From a virus: a stretch of DNA of 39,368 nt. Of this stretch, positions 28,746-38,985 are shown in pieces. Both the position numbers and the translations under genes were made by a program. Where the stretch lies: UHGV virus genome UHGV-0015773; one strand, given 5' to 3'. Below the pieces are notes generated by a model. The model was not told where the DNA came from. It ran no database searches and saw nothing but the letters and a program-made list of their open reading frames with translations. Every line of letters begins with the position of its first letter. Position 1 is the stretch's first letter.

Positions 28746-31700
28746 ATGGATAAGTACGATAAGAACGTACCAAGTGAATATGATGGTCTGTTCCAGAAGG
28801 CGGCTGATGCCAACGGGGTCTCTTATGACCTTTTACGTAAAGTAGCTTGGACGGAATCACGGTTTAAACCTACAGCAAAATCTAAGACAGGACCGCTCGG
28901 TATGATGCAGTTCACCAAGGCCACAGCTAAGGCCATGGGACTACGTGTTACCGACGGTCCAGATGATGACCGATTGAATCCTGAGTTGGCTATCAACGCT
29001 GCCGCTAAGCACCTTGCGAATCTGGTTGGTAAGTTTGATGGAGATGAACTTAAAGCTGCCCTTGCGTATAACCAAGGCGAGGGACGCTTGGGTAATCCAC
29101 AACTTGAGGCGTACTCCAAGGGAGACTTCGCGGCTATCTCTGAGGAAGGGCGTAACTACATGCGTAGCCTTCTTGATGTCGCTAAGTCACCGATGGCTGG
29201 ACAGTTGGAAACTTTTGGTGGTATCACCCCAAAGGGTAAAGGCATTCCGGCTGACGTTGGACTAGCTGGAATCGGCCACAGTCAGAAAGTAACACAGGAA
29301 CTTCCTGAGTCCACAAGTTTTGACGTTAAGGGTATCGAACAGGAGGCTCCGGCGAAACCATTCGCCAAGGACTTTTGGGAGACCCACGGAGAAACACTTG
29401 ATGAGTACAACAAGCGTTCCACCTTCTTCGGATTCAAAGATGCTGCCAAAGCTGAACTCTCCAACTCAGTCGCTGGGATGGCTTTCCGTGCTGGTCGTCT
29501 CGATAATGGTTTTGATGTGTTTAAAGACACCATTACGCCGACTCGCTGGAACTCGCACATCTGGACTCCAGAAGAGTTAGAGAAGATTCGAACCGAGGTT
29601 AAGAACCCTGCGTATATCAATGTGGTAACTGGCGGTTCTCCTGAGAACCTTGATGACCTCATAAAGCTGGCTAACGAGAACTTTGAGAATGACTCCCGTG
29701 CTGCCGAAGCTGGTCTAGGTGCTAAACTTAGTGCTGGCGTTATCGGCGCTGGCGTGGACCCACTCAGTTATGTTCCTATGGTCGGCGTGACTGGTAAGGG
29801 CTTTAAGTTAGTCAATAAGGCCCTTGTGGTTGGTGCCGAAAGTGCTGCACTGAACGTTGCATCCGAAGGTCTCCGTACCTCCGTAGCTGGTGGTAACGCT
29901 GACTACTCAGGTGCTGCTTTAGGTGGCTTTTTGTTTGGTGCCGGTATGTCCGCAATCAGTGACTCTGTAGCTGCTGGGCTGAAACGTAGTAAGCCAGAAG
30001 TTGAGTTCGACAATGAGTTCATTGGTCCTATGATGCGAATGGAATCCCGTGAGACAGCACGCAACGCAAACTCTACGGACCTCTCTCGGATGAACACTGA
30101 GAACATGAAGTTTGAAGGCGAACACAACGGTATTCCCTATGAGGACTTACCTACCGAGAAAGGTGCCGTGGTGTTACATGATGGCTCCGTTATAAGTGCA
30201 AGCAACCCAACCAACCCTAAGACCCTCAAAGAGTTCTCAGAGGTTGACCCTGAGAAGGCTGCGCGAGGAATCAAACTTGCTGGGTTCACAGAGATTGGAT
30301 TGAAGACCTTGGGGTCTGACGATGCTGACATCCGTAGAGTGGCTATCGACCTCGTTCGCTCACCTACTGGTATGCAGTCTGGTTCCTCAGGTAAGTTCGG
30401 TGCAACAGCTTCGGACATCCACGAGAGACTTCATGGTACTGACCAGCGCACTTACAATGACCTGTACAAAGCGATGTCTGACGCGATGAAAGACCCTGAG
30501 TTCTCTACTGGTGGTGCTAAGATGTCTCGCGAAGAGACTCGATACACTATCTACCGTAGAGCGGCATTAGCCATTGAGCGTCCAGAGTTGCAGAATGCAC
30601 TCACTCCGTCTGAGAGAGTAGTCATGGACATCATTAAGCGCCACTTTGACACCAAGCGTGAACTCATGGAGAACCCAGCAATCTTCGGCAATACGAAGGC
30701 TGTTAGTATCTTCCCTGAGAGTCGTCACAAAGGGACTTACGTTCCTCATGTCTACGACCGACACGCTAAGGCGCTGATGATTCAACGCTACGGTGCCGAA
30801 GGTTTACAGGAAGGGATTGCTCGCTCATGGATGAACAGCTACGTCTCCAGACCTGAGGTCAAGGCGAGAGTCGATGAGATGCTTAAGGAATTACATGGGG
30901 TGAAGGTAGTAACGCCAGAGATGGTGGAGAAGTACGCTATGGATAAGGCGTATGGTATCTCCCACTCCGACCAGTTCACCAACAGTTCCATAATCGAAGA
31001 GAACATTGAGGGCTTAGTAGGTGTTGAGAATAACTCATTCCTTGAGGCACGTAACTTGTTTGATTCGGACTTATCCATCACTATGCCAGACGGACAGCAA
31101 TTCTCAGTGAACGACCTAAGGGACTTCGATATGTTCCGCATCATGCCAGCGTATGACCGCCGTGTCAATGGTGACATCGCCATCATGGGGTCCACTGGGA
31201 AAACCACTAAGGAACTTAAGGATGAGATTTTGGCTCTCAAAGCGAAAGCTGAGGGTGACGGTAAGAAGACTGGCGAGGTTCATGCTCTTATGGATACCGT
31301 TAAGATTCTTACTGGTCGTGCTCGACGCAATCAGGACACTGTGTGGGAAACCTCGATGCGAGCCATCAATGACCTAGGGTTCTTCGCTAAGAACGCCTAC
31401 ATGGGTGCTCAGAACCTTACCGAGATTGCTGGGATGTTTGCCACAGGTAACGTGCGTGCTATCAGTCACGGTATCCCAATTCTGCGTGATACACTCTACA
31501 AGTCTAAACCAGTTTCCGCTAAGGAACTCAAGGAACTACACGCGTCTCTGTTCGGGAAGGAGGTGGACCAGTTGATTCGCCCTAAACGTGCTGACATTGT
31601 ACAGCGCATAAGGGAAGCGACTGATACCGGACCTGCTGTGTCGAACATCGTAGGGACCTTGAAGTATACCACACAGGAACTGGCTGCTAGCTCTCCGTGG

Positions 31701-32702
31701 ACTAAGATGCTGAACGGAACCACTAACTACCTTCTGGATGCTGCGCGTCAAGGTATGCTTGGGGACGTTATTAGTGCCACCTTAACAGGTAAGACTACCC
31801 GCTGGGAGAAAGAAGGATTCCTTCGTGGTGCCTCTGTGACACCTGAGCAGATGGCTGGCATCAAGTCTCTAATCAAGGAACACATGGTACGTGGTGAGGA
31901 CGGGAAGTTTACCGTTAAGGACAAGCAAGCGTTCTCTATGGACCCTCGCGCTATGGACTTATGGCGACTTGCTGACAAGGTAGCTGATGAAGCGATGCTG
32001 CGTCCACATAAGGTGTCCTTACAGGATTCCCATGCGTTCGGAGCATTAGGTAAGATGGTTATGCAGTTTAAGTCTTTCACCATTAAATCCCTTAACTCTA
32101 AGTTCATGAGAACCTTCTACGATGGCTACAAGAACAACCGAGCGATTGACGCTGCGCTGACTAGTATCATCTCTATGGGTCTCGCTGGTGGTTACTACGC
32201 TATGGCTGCACACGTCAAAGCGTATGGAATGCCTAAGGAGCAACGTAAAGAATACTTGGAGCGCGCATTGGACCCAAACATGATTGCCCACGCTTCGTTG
32301 TCTCGTAGTTCTCAATTAGGTGCGCCTTTGGCTATGGCTGACCTAGTCGGTGGTATCTTAGGGGTAGAGTCCTCCAAGATGGTTCGCTCCACGATTCTAC
32401 CTAAGGACACCATGAAGGAGCGTGACCCAAATAAACCGTACACCTCAAGAGAGGTAATGGGAGCTATGGGTTATAACCTTCTGGAGCAGATGCCTTCCGC
32501 TGGCTTTGTGGCTAACGTAGGGGCTACCCTGATGAACGCTGCTGGTGTGGTTAACTCACCTAACAAAGCAACCGAGCAGGACTTCATGACTGGCTTAATG
32601 AACTCTACCAAAGAGTTAGTACCTAACGACCCTCTTACTCAACAGCTTGTGTTGAAGATTTATGAGGCCAACGGTGTTAACTTGAAGGAGCGTCGGAAAT
32701 AA
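28746..32702 (+). CDS. 16: Gene 16 internal core protein D, with an N-terminal lytic transglycosylase domain (1318 aa)
   Basis: The N-terminus ...LLRKVAWTESRFKPTAKSKTGPLGMMQF... has the SLT-domain catalytic-Glu context. Length and sequence match T7 gp16. Confidence 0.97.
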   Translation: MDKYDKNVPSEYDGLFQKAADANGVSYDLLRKVAWTESRFKPTAKSKTGPLGMMQFTKATAKAMGLRVTDGPDDDRLNPELAINAAAKHLANLVGKFDGDELKAALAYNQGEGRLGNPQLEAYSKGDFAAISEEGRNYMRSLLDVAKSPMAGQLETFGGITPKGKGIPADVGLAGIGHSQKVTQELPESTSFDVKGIEQEAPAKPFAKDFWETHGETLDEYNKRSTFFGFKDAAKAELSNSVAGMAFRAGRLDNGFDVFKDTITPTRWNSHIWTPEELEKIRTEVKNPAYINVVTGGSPENLDDLIKLANENFENDSRAAEAGLGAKLSAGVIGAGVDPLSYVPMVGVTGKGFKLVNKALVVGAESAALNVASEGLRTSVAGGNADYSGAALGGFLFGAGMSAISDSVAAGLKRSKPEVEFDNEFIGPMMRMESRETARNANSTDLSRMNTENMKFEGEHNGIPYEDLPTEKGAVVLHDGSVISASNPTNPKTLKEFSEVDPEKAARGIKLAGFTEIGLKTLGSDDADIRRVAIDLVRSPTGMQSGSSGKFGATASDIHERLHGTDQRTYNDLYKAMSDAMKDPEFSTGGAKMSREETRYTIYRRAALAIERPELQNALTPSERVVMDIIKRHFDTKRELMENPAIFGNTKAVSIFPESRHKGTYVPHVYDRHAKALMIQRYGAEGLQEGIARSWMNSYVSRPEVKARVDEMLKELHGVKVVTPEMVEKYAMDKAYGISHSDQFTNSSIIEENIEGLVGVENNSFLEARNLFDSDLSITMPDGQQFSVNDLRDFDMFRIMPAYDRRVNGDIAIMGSTGKTTKELKDEILALKAKAEGDGKKTGEVHALMDTVKILTGRARRNQDTVWETSMRAINDLGFFAKNAYMGAQNLTEIAGMFATGNVRAISHGIPILRDTLYKSKPVSAKELKELHASLFGKEVDQLIRPKRADIVQRIREATDTGPAVSNIVGTLKYTTQELAASSPWTKMLNGTTNYLLDAARQGMLGDVISATLTGKTTRWEKEGFLRGASVTPEQMAGIKSLIKEHMVRGEDGKFTVKDKQAFSMDPRAMDLWRLADKVADEAMLRPHKVSLQDSHAFGALGKMVMQFKSFTIKSLNSKFMRTFYDGYKNNRAIDAALTSIISMGLAGGYYAMAAHVKAYGMPKEQRKEYLERALDPNMIAHASLSRSSQLGAPLAMADLVGGILGVESSKMVRSTILPKDTMKERDPNKPYTSREVMGAMGYNLLEQMPSAGFVANVGATLMNAAGVVNSPNKATEQDFMTGLMNSTKELVPNDPLTQQLVLKIYEANGVNLKERRK

Positions 32703-32722
32703 TACGACTCACTATAGGGAGA
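32700..32722 (+). promoter_or_regulatory. T7-RNAP promoter phi17
   Basis: taatacgactcactatagggagaggtgaaagaatcttctccc has +1 G at 32717, with a small stem-loop GGGAGA...TCTCCC in the leader. Confidence 0.9.
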
Positions 32723-32774
32723 GGTGAAAGAATCTTCTCCCTGTAGTCTCTTAGATTTACTTTAAGGAGGTCAA

Positions 32775-35507
32775 ATGGCTAACGTAATTAAAACCGTTTT
32801 GACTTACCAGCTAGATGGCTCCACTCGTGATTTTAATATCCCGTTTGAGTATCTAGCCCGTAAGTTCGTAGTGGTAACTCTTATTGGTGTAGACCGTAAG
32901 GTCCTTACACTTAATACAGACTATCGCTTTGCTACACGTACTACCATCTCTCTGACCAAGGCTTGGGGTACATCCGATGGATACACGACCATCGAGATAC
33001 GTCGAGTAACCTCCACGACTGACCGCTTGGTTGACTTTACGGACGGCTCAATCCTCCGTGCGTATGACCTTAACGTTGCTCAGGTTCAAACGATGCACGT
33101 AGCGGAAGAGGCCCGTGACCTTACTGCTGATACTATCGGTGTCAATAACGATGGTCACTTGGATGCTCGTGGTCGTCGAATTGTGAACCTAGCGAACGCT
33201 GTGGATGACCGTGACGCTGTTCCGTTTGGTCAACTTAAGACCATGAACCAGAACTCGTGGCAGGCTCGTAATGAGGCCTTACAGTTCCGTAATGAGGCTG
33301 AGACTTTCAGAAATCAAGCGGAGGGCTTTAAGAACGAGTTAAGTACTAACGCTACGAACACAAAGCAGTGGCGGGATGATGCTAAGGGGTTCCGAGATGA
33401 AGCCGAGCAGTTCAAGAATACTTCTGGACAATATGCTACATCTGCTGGGAACTCTGCTGGCAATGCTAAGGATAGTGAGGACGAAGCACGACGAATCGCT
33501 GCGAGTATCAAGGCAGCTGGTAGAATTGGCTATATTACCCGTCGCTCCTTCGAGAAAGGCTTCAACGTTACAACATGGAACGAGGTCCTGCTATGGGAAG
33601 AGGATGGTGAGTACTACCGCTGGGATGGGGAGCTTCCAAAGAACGTTCCTGCTGGCTCAACTCCTGAATCATCTGGTGGTATTGGGCTGGGTGCGTGGGT
33701 TAGTGTTGGTGATGCCTCATTGAGAACAATGCTGTCTTCCCCTTCAGGGTCCACGTTGGTCGGATATAGATATAAGTCAGAAGATTCAGCAAGCGTCAGG
33801 AATGTTGCTGATGTTCTTGATGAGCGTGTGAGCCTGTGGGATTTTCATTGTGACTCATCCGGCAATGTAATTCAGCCAGGACCAAACGTTGACAGTCGCC
33901 AATATCTACAAGCAGCAATTGATTATGTATCGTCTAATGGAGGTGGAACAATCACCATTCCAGCAGGCTATACGTGGTATCTTGGATCTTATGGTGTTGG
34001 AGGAATTGCAGGGCATAGTGGAATTATTCAGTTGCGCAGCAATGTTAATCTAAATATTGAAGGTAGAATTCATCTTTCTCCATTCTTTGACCTTAAGCCA
34101 TTTCAGGTGTTTGTAGGCTTTGATAATGGCGATCCCGCAAGCTCTGGTAATCTGGAGAACTGCCATATTTATGGGCATGGTGTAGTGGACTTTGGTGATT
34201 ATGAGTTTGGAGCATCCAGTCAACTACGTAATGGTGTTGCTTTTGGACGTAGTTACAATTGTTCTGTAACAGGTATTACTTTCCAGAATGGTGACGTTAC
34301 TTGGGCTGTTACCTTAGGCTGGAATGGGTACGGGTCTAACTGCTACGTGCGCAAGTGCCGCTTTATCAACTTAGTGAACAGCAGTGTCAATGCAGACCAC
34401 AGTACAGTGTACGTCAACTGCCCCTACAGCGGAGTTGAGTCCTGCTACTTCAGTATGTCTAGTTCATTCGCGCGTAACATCGCGTGCTCTGTAGAGTTGC
34501 ACCAACATGATACCTTCTACCGCGGAAGTACTGTAAACGGATACTGCCGTGGCGCATATGTAGTTATGCACGCAGCAGAGGCTGCTGGTGCAGGTTCTTA
34601 TGCTTACAACATGCAGGTTGAAAACAACATCGCGGTCATTTACGGCCAGTTCGTTATATTAGGCTCTGACGTAACTGCTACAGTCTCTGGACATCTTAAT
34701 GACGTCATCGTATCTGGTAACATCGTAAGTATTGGTGCGCGGGCTGCGTTCTCAGCTCCGTTTGGGGCATTTATTGATATTGGCCCGGACAATAGCGGGG
34801 CTAGTAATGTACAAGATATCCGGCGAGTGCTTGTAACAGGCAACAGTTTCTATGCGCCTGCTAACATCACTGATAGTGCTGCAATTACCCTGCGATCCAA
34901 TCTTAATGGTTGCACCTTTATCGCTAACAATTTTGATTGCCGTTACATGGTCTACAACGCCCCCGGTACTACAAGCCCTGTAGTTCAGAATCTGGTATGG
35001 GATAAGTCCAATGTTATCGGCGGGACTCACGCGAATCAACGTGTAGGACAGAATCTATTTGATATGCAGTTTGCATCTGTAGTAAACAGCACTATAGAAG
35101 TACAGCTTAGCTGTGAAGATCTGAGCATGTTTAGCTGCATACTCTTCCCTGCATCATGTCAGTTGTCGTACTCGAAGATAACGGTAGATTCTGCATGGAC
35201 AAAAAGCATGTCAAATACCGCGGTATTTGAAGGTAATCAACAAACCGGAGCTAACGTATACGTCTCCTATCCAGCCACAGTAAACCTAACCAGTTATAAC
35301 ACTACAGGTGCCGTTCCTTTTTTCAGCGGTACTGGATATGAATGGGTTACTAGTGCGTATCTACTCCACACCGTAGGCGGCAGTAACTTTTCTGTTCCAA
35401 GTAGTTATTCATCAAAACCTAACGGACAATTAGTAGGGTTAGGGTATGCAGACGTCGGGGAGGTTCGTACGGTATCGGCACGTTTAATGCTGCGCCGTGG
35501 TTTGTAA
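32775..35507 (+). CDS. 17: Gene 17 tail fibre/tailspike (910 aa): a T7-like N-terminal tail-attachment domain fused to a long, non-T7 C-terminal module predicted to be a beta-helix tailspike or polysaccharide depolymerase
   Basis: Residues 1 to about 220 (MANVIKTVLTYQLDGSTRDFNIPFEYLARKFVVVTLIGVDRKVL...FRNQAEGFKNE...YATSAGNSA) are collinear with T7 gp17. The remainder (GYITRRSFEKGFNVTTWNEVLLWEEDGEYYRWDGELPKNVPAGSTPESSGGIGLGAWVSVGDASLRTMLSSPSGSTLVGY... plus many G/N/V/I-rich rung-like repeats) is unrelated to the T7 fibre and resembles tailspike proteins. Confidence 0.9.
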   Translation: MANVIKTVLTYQLDGSTRDFNIPFEYLARKFVVVTLIGVDRKVLTLNTDYRFATRTTISLTKAWGTSDGYTTIEIRRVTSTTDRLVDFTDGSILRAYDLNVAQVQTMHVAEEARDLTADTIGVNNDGHLDARGRRIVNLANAVDDRDAVPFGQLKTMNQNSWQARNEALQFRNEAETFRNQAEGFKNELSTNATNTKQWRDDAKGFRDEAEQFKNTSGQYATSAGNSAGNAKDSEDEARRIAASIKAAGRIGYITRRSFEKGFNVTTWNEVLLWEEDGEYYRWDGELPKNVPAGSTPESSGGIGLGAWVSVGDASLRTMLSSPSGSTLVGYRYKSEDSASVRNVADVLDERVSLWDFHCDSSGNVIQPGPNVDSRQYLQAAIDYVSSNGGGTITIPAGYTWYLGSYGVGGIAGHSGIIQLRSNVNLNIEGRIHLSPFFDLKPFQVFVGFDNGDPASSGNLENCHIYGHGVVDFGDYEFGASSQLRNGVAFGRSYNCSVTGITFQNGDVTWAVTLGWNGYGSNCYVRKCRFINLVNSSVNADHSTVYVNCPYSGVESCYFSMSSSFARNIACSVELHQHDTFYRGSTVNGYCRGAYVVMHAAEAAGAGSYAYNMQVENNIAVIYGQFVILGSDVTATVSGHLNDVIVSGNIVSIGARAAFSAPFGAFIDIGPDNSGASNVQDIRRVLVTGNSFYAPANITDSAAITLRSNLNGCTFIANNFDCRYMVYNAPGTTSPVVQNLVWDKSNVIGGTHANQRVGQNLFDMQFASVVNSTIEVQLSCEDLSMFSCILFPASCQLSYSKITVDSAWTKSMSNTAVFEGNQQTGANVYVSYPATVNLTSYNTTGAVPFFSGTGYEWVTSAYLLHTVGGSNFSVPSSYSSKPNGQLVGLGYADVGEVRTVSARLMLRRGL

Positions 35508-35549
35508 CAACTTTGGGTCACGGACGACCCGCTTTAAACTGGAGGTTTT

Positions 35550-35753
35550 ATGCTTTCATTAGATTTCAATAATGAGTTAGTCAAGGCTGCACCTATTGTT
35601 GGCACAGGTGTGGCTGATGGCGCTGCGAGGCTTTTCTTCGGGCTGAGTCTTAATGAGTGGTTCTATGTTGCCGCTATCGCCTATACAGTGGTTCAGATTG
35701 GTGCCAAGGTAGTCGATAAGATGATTGACTGGAAGAAAGCCAATAAGGAGTGA
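35550..35753 (+). CDS. 17.5: Gene 17.5 class II holin (67 aa)
   Basis: MLSLDFNNELVKAAPIVGTGVADGAARLFFGLSLNEWFYVAAIAYTVVQIGAKVVDKMIDWKKANKE is near-identical to T7 gp17.5. Confidence 0.95.
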   Translation: MLSLDFNNELVKAAPIVGTGVADGAARLFFGLSLNEWFYVAAIAYTVVQIGAKVVDKMIDWKKANKE

Positions 35754-35758
35754 TGTGT

Positions 35759-36028
35759 ATGGAAAAAGATAAGAGCCTTATCACGTTCTTAGAGATGTTG
35801 GACACTGCGATGGCACAGCGTATGCTTGCGGACCTTTCGGACCCTGAGCGTCGTTCTCCACAACTCTATAACGCCATCAACAAACTGTTAGACCGCCATA
35901 AGTTCCAGATTGGTAAGCTGCAACCTGATGAGCACATCTTGGGTGGGCTTGCTGGTGCTCTGGACGAGTACAAGTCTAAAGTTGGAGACGATGGTCTCAC
36001 TGATGACGATATTTACACTTTACAGTGA
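35759..36028 (+). CDS. 18: Gene 18 terminase small subunit (89 aa)
   Basis: The internal ATG, with AAGGAG 8 nt upstream, gives MEKDKSLITFLEMLDTAMAQRMLADLSDPERRSPQLYNAINKLLDRHKFQ..., collinear with T7 gp18. Confidence 0.93.
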   Translation: MEKDKSLITFLEMLDTAMAQRMLADLSDPERRSPQLYNAINKLLDRHKFQIGKLQPDEHILGGLAGALDEYKSKVGDDGLTDDDIYTLQ

Positions 36029-36070
36029 TATACTCAAGGCCACTACATATAGTGGTCTTTATGGATGTCA
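36028..36070 (+). promoter_or_regulatory. R18.5: RNase III site R18.5
   Basis: gatatactcaaggccactacatatagtggtctttatggatgtca carries the hairpin signature. Confidence 0.7.
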
Positions 36071-36122
36071 TTGTCTATACGAGATGCTCCTACGTGAAAT
36101 CTGAAAGTTAACGGGAGGCATT

Positions 36123-36566
36123 ATGCTGGAATTTTTACGTAAGCTGGTCCCTTGGGTTCTCGCTGGGATGCTATTCGGATGGGGATGGCAACTTGGGGAA
36201 GACTCCATGGACGCTAAGTGGAAGCAGGAGGTACAGAATGAGTACGTCAAGAGAGTTGAGGCTACGGCAAGCACTCAAAGAGCAATCAATGAAATATCGT
36301 CTAAGTATCAAGCAGACCTTGCCGAGTTGGAATGGAGCACTGATAGGATTATTTCTGATTTGCGTAGCGACAATAAGCGGTTGCGCGTCAGAATCAAAAC
36401 TACCGGAACCTCCGATGGTCAGTGTGGATTCGAGCCTGATGGTCGAGCCGAACTTGACGAGCGAGATGCTAAGCGTATTCTCGCAGTGACCCAAAGGGGT
36501 GACGCATGGATTCGTGCGTTACAAGATACTATTCGTGAACTGCAACGTAAGCAGGAAATCAAGTAA
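36123..36566 (+). CDS. 18.5: Gene 18.5 Rz-like i-spanin (147 aa)
   Basis: An N-terminal transmembrane segment ([22 protein letters not shown]) is followed by a coiled-coil periplasmic domain, collinear with T7 gp18.5. Confidence 0.93.
   Translation: MLEFLRKLVPWVLAGMLFGWGWQLGEDSMDAKWKQEVQNEYVKRVEATASTQRAINEISSKYQADLAELEWSTDRIISDLRSDNKRLRVRIKTTGTSDGQCGFEPDGRAELDERDAKRILAVTQRGDAWIRALQDTIRELQRKQEIK
36238..36489 (+). CDS. 18.7: Gene 18.7 Rz1-like o-spanin lipoprotein (83 aa), embedded in the +1 frame of 18.5
   Basis: The internal ATG of track ORF 36193-36489 gives [59 protein letters not shown]..., with a lipobox [10 protein letters not shown] and a Pro-rich mature part, as in T7 gp18.7. Confidence 0.85.
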   Translation: MSTSRELRLRQALKEQSMKYRLSIKQTLPSWNGALIGLFLICVATISGCASESKLPEPPMVSVDSSLMVEPNLTSEMLSVFSQ

Positions 36567-36577
36567 GGAGGAACCCT

Positions 36578-38338
36578 GTGTCCGCTCAAGCCAATCGTAA
36601 TGCGCTCGTTGTGGCGCAACTGAAAGGTGACTTCGTGGCGTTCCTGTTCGTCTTATGGAAGGCGTTAAACCTTCCTGTACCGACTAAGTGCCAGATAGAC
36701 ATGGCTAAGGTACTGGCGAACGGGGACAACAAGAAGTTCATACTACAGGCTTTCCGTGGTATCGGTAAGTCATTCATAACCTGTGCGTTCGTTGTGTGGT
36801 CCTTATGGAGAGACCCACAGTTGAAGATACTTATTGTATCAGCCTCTAAGGAACGTGCAGATGCTAACTCCATCTTCATCAAGAACATCATCGACCTGCT
36901 GCCGTTTCTCAGTGAGCTAAAGCCAAGACCCGGACAGCGCGATTCTGTGATTAGTTTCGACGTAGGCCCAGCTAAGCCTGACCACTCTCCTAGTGTGAAA
37001 TCGGTAGGTATCACTGGTCAGTTAACTGGTAGCCGTGCTGACATTATCATTGCGGATGACGTTGAGATTCCGTCTAACAGTGCAACTATGGGTGCCCGTG
37101 AGAAACTATGGACTCTCGTTCAGGAGTTCGCTGCGTTACTTAAACCGCTGCCCACTTCTCGTGTTATCTACCTCGGTACACCTCAGACTGAGATGACTCT
37201 CTATAAGGAACTTGAGGATAACCGTGGGTACACCACTATCATCTGGCCTGCCCTGTATCCAAGGACTCCTGAAGAGAACCTTTACTACTCTCAGCGTCTG
37301 GCACCAATGCTCCGTGCGGAGTACGAGGAGAATCCTGAGGCGCTGGCTGGGACTCCTACAGACCCTGTTCGATTCGACCGTGATGACCTCCGTGAACGTG
37401 AGTTGGAATACGGCAAGGCTGGCTTTACGCTACAGTTCATGCTTAACCCGAACCTGAGTGATGCCGAGAAGTACCCTCTGAGGCTCCGTGACGCTATCGT
37501 AGCGGCCTTAGACTTAGAGAAGGCCCCGATGCATTACCAGTGGCTTCCGAACCGTCAGAACATCATTGAGGACCTTCCTAACGTTGGCCTTAAGGGTGAT
37601 GACCTTCATACTTATCATGATTGCTCCAACAACTCAGGTCAGTACCAACAGAAGATTCTGGTCATTGACCCTAGTGGTCGCGGTAAGGACGAAACAGGTT
37701 ACGCTGTTCTGTACACCCTGAACGGTTATATCTACCTTATGGAAGCTGGAGGTTTCCGTGATGGCTACTCCGATAAGACCCTTGAGTTGCTCGCTAAGAA
37801 AGCTAAGCAATGGGGAGTCCAGACGGTAGTCTACGAGAGTAACTTCGGTGACGGTATGTTTGGTAAGGTGTTCAGTCCTATCCTTCTTAAACACCACAAC
37901 TGTGCAATGGAAGAGATTCGTGCCCGTGGTATGAAGGAGATGCGTATTTGTGATACCCTTGAGCCAGTCATGCAGACTCACCGCCTTGTCATTCGCGATG
38001 AGGTCATTAGGGCCGACTATCAGTCCGCTCGTGACGTAGACGGTAAGCATGACGTTAAGTACTCACTGTTCTACCAGATGACTCGTATCACTCGTGAGAA
38101 AGGCGCTCTGGCTCATGATGACCGATTGGACGCCCTTGCGTTGGGCATTGAGTACCTACGTGAGTCCATGCAGTTGGATTCCGTTAAGGTCGAAGGTGAA
38201 GTGCTTGCTGACTTCCTTGAGGAACACATGATGCGTCCTACGGTCGCTGCTACGCATATCATTGAGATGTCTGTGGGAGGAGTTGATGTGTACTCTGAGG
38301 ACGATGAGGGTTACGGTACGTCTTTCATTGAGTGGTGA
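36578..38338 (+). CDS. 19: Gene 19 terminase large subunit (DNA maturase B) (586 aa)
   Basis: A GTG start follows [58 protein letters not shown]... is near-identical to T7 gp19 and has a Walker A-like ATPase motif. Confidence 0.97.
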   Translation: MSAQANRNALVVAQLKGDFVAFLFVLWKALNLPVPTKCQIDMAKVLANGDNKKFILQAFRGIGKSFITCAFVVWSLWRDPQLKILIVSASKERADANSIFIKNIIDLLPFLSELKPRPGQRDSVISFDVGPAKPDHSPSVKSVGITGQLTGSRADIIIADDVEIPSNSATMGAREKLWTLVQEFAALLKPLPTSRVIYLGTPQTEMTLYKELEDNRGYTTIIWPALYPRTPEENLYYSQRLAPMLRAEYEENPEALAGTPTDPVRFDRDDLRERELEYGKAGFTLQFMLNPNLSDAEKYPLRLRDAIVAALDLEKAPMHYQWLPNRQNIIEDLPNVGLKGDDLHTYHDCSNNSGQYQQKILVIDPSGRGKDETGYAVLYTLNGYIYLMEAGGFRDGYSDKTLELLAKKAKQWGVQTVVYESNFGDGMFGKVFSPILLKHHNCAMEEIRARGMKEMRICDTLEPVMQTHRLVIRDEVIRADYQSARDVDGKHDVKYSLFYQMTRITREKGALAHDDRLDALALGIEYLRESMQLDSVKVEGEVLADFLEEHMMRPTVAATHIIEMSVGGVDVYSEDDEGYGTSFIEW

Positions 38339-38419
38339 TTTATGCATTAGGACTGCATAGGGATGCACTATAGACCACGGATGGTCAGTTCTTTAAGTTA
38401 TTGAAAAGACACGATAAAT

Positions 38420-38442
38420 TAATACGACTCACTATAGGGAGA
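38420..38442 (+). promoter_or_regulatory. T7-RNAP promoter phiOR
   Basis: taatacgactcactatagggaga, with +1 G at 38437. Confidence 0.9.
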
Positions 38443-38596
38443 GGAGGGACGAAAGGTTACTATATAGATACTGAATGAATACTTATAGAGTGCATAAAGT
38501 ATGCATAGTAGTGTACCTAAAGTGACCTCTAAGAATGGTGATTATATTGTATTAATATCACCTTAACTTAAAGTCCAACATAAAGGGAGGATACTC

Positions 38597-38746
38597 ATGT
38601 TCCGCTTATTGTTGAACCTACTGCGGCATAGAGTCACCTACCGATTTCTTGTGGTACTTTGTGCTGCCCTTGGGTACGCATCTCTTACTGGAGACCTCAG
38701 TTCACTGGAGTCTACCGTTTGCTCTATACTCACTTGTAGTGATTAG
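38597..38746 (+). CDS. 19.5: Gene 19.5 (49 aa)
   Basis: MFRLLLNLLRHRVTYRFLVVLCAALGYASLTGDLSSLESTVCSILTCSD matches T7 gp19.5. The RBS AAAGGGAGG lies upstream. Located by hand. Confidence 0.75.
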   Translation: MFRLLLNLLRHRVTYRFLVVLCAALGYASLTGDLSSLESTVCSILTCSD

Positions 38747-38799
38747 GGTCTTCCTGACCGACTGATGGCTCACCGAGGGATTCAGCGGTATGATTGTAT

Positions 38800-38985
38800 C
38801 ACACCACTTCATCCCTATAGAGTCAAGTCCTAAGGTATACCCTTAAAGAGCCTCTAATGGTCTATCCTAAGGTCTATACCTAAAGATAGGCCATCCTATC
38901 AGTATCACCTAAAGAGGGTCTCAGAGAGGGCCTAAGGAGTTCCTAGAGGGTCCTTTAAAATATACCATAAAAATCTGAGTGACTA
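38800..38985 (+). repeat. Right-end array of short degenerate direct repeats (CCTAAGG / CCTAAAG / CCTATAG family), preceding the terminal repeat
   Basis: Repeated cctaaggtatac, cttaaagagcc, cctaaggtctatacctaaagatagg, cacctaaagaggg, gcctaaggag and cctagaggg. In T7 this region is essentially identical and takes part in concatemer processing and packaging. Confidence 0.7.

Noticed and set aside
37212-37457. 81-aa ORF in an alternative frame inside gene 19, a possible analogue of T7 '19.2'. Similar internal ORFs occur at 10538-10756 inside gene 4 and at 26487-26711 and 26763-27035 inside gene 15.
   Set aside because: There is no independent start signal, and the evidence for such embedded ORFs is weak even in T7. 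They are not called.
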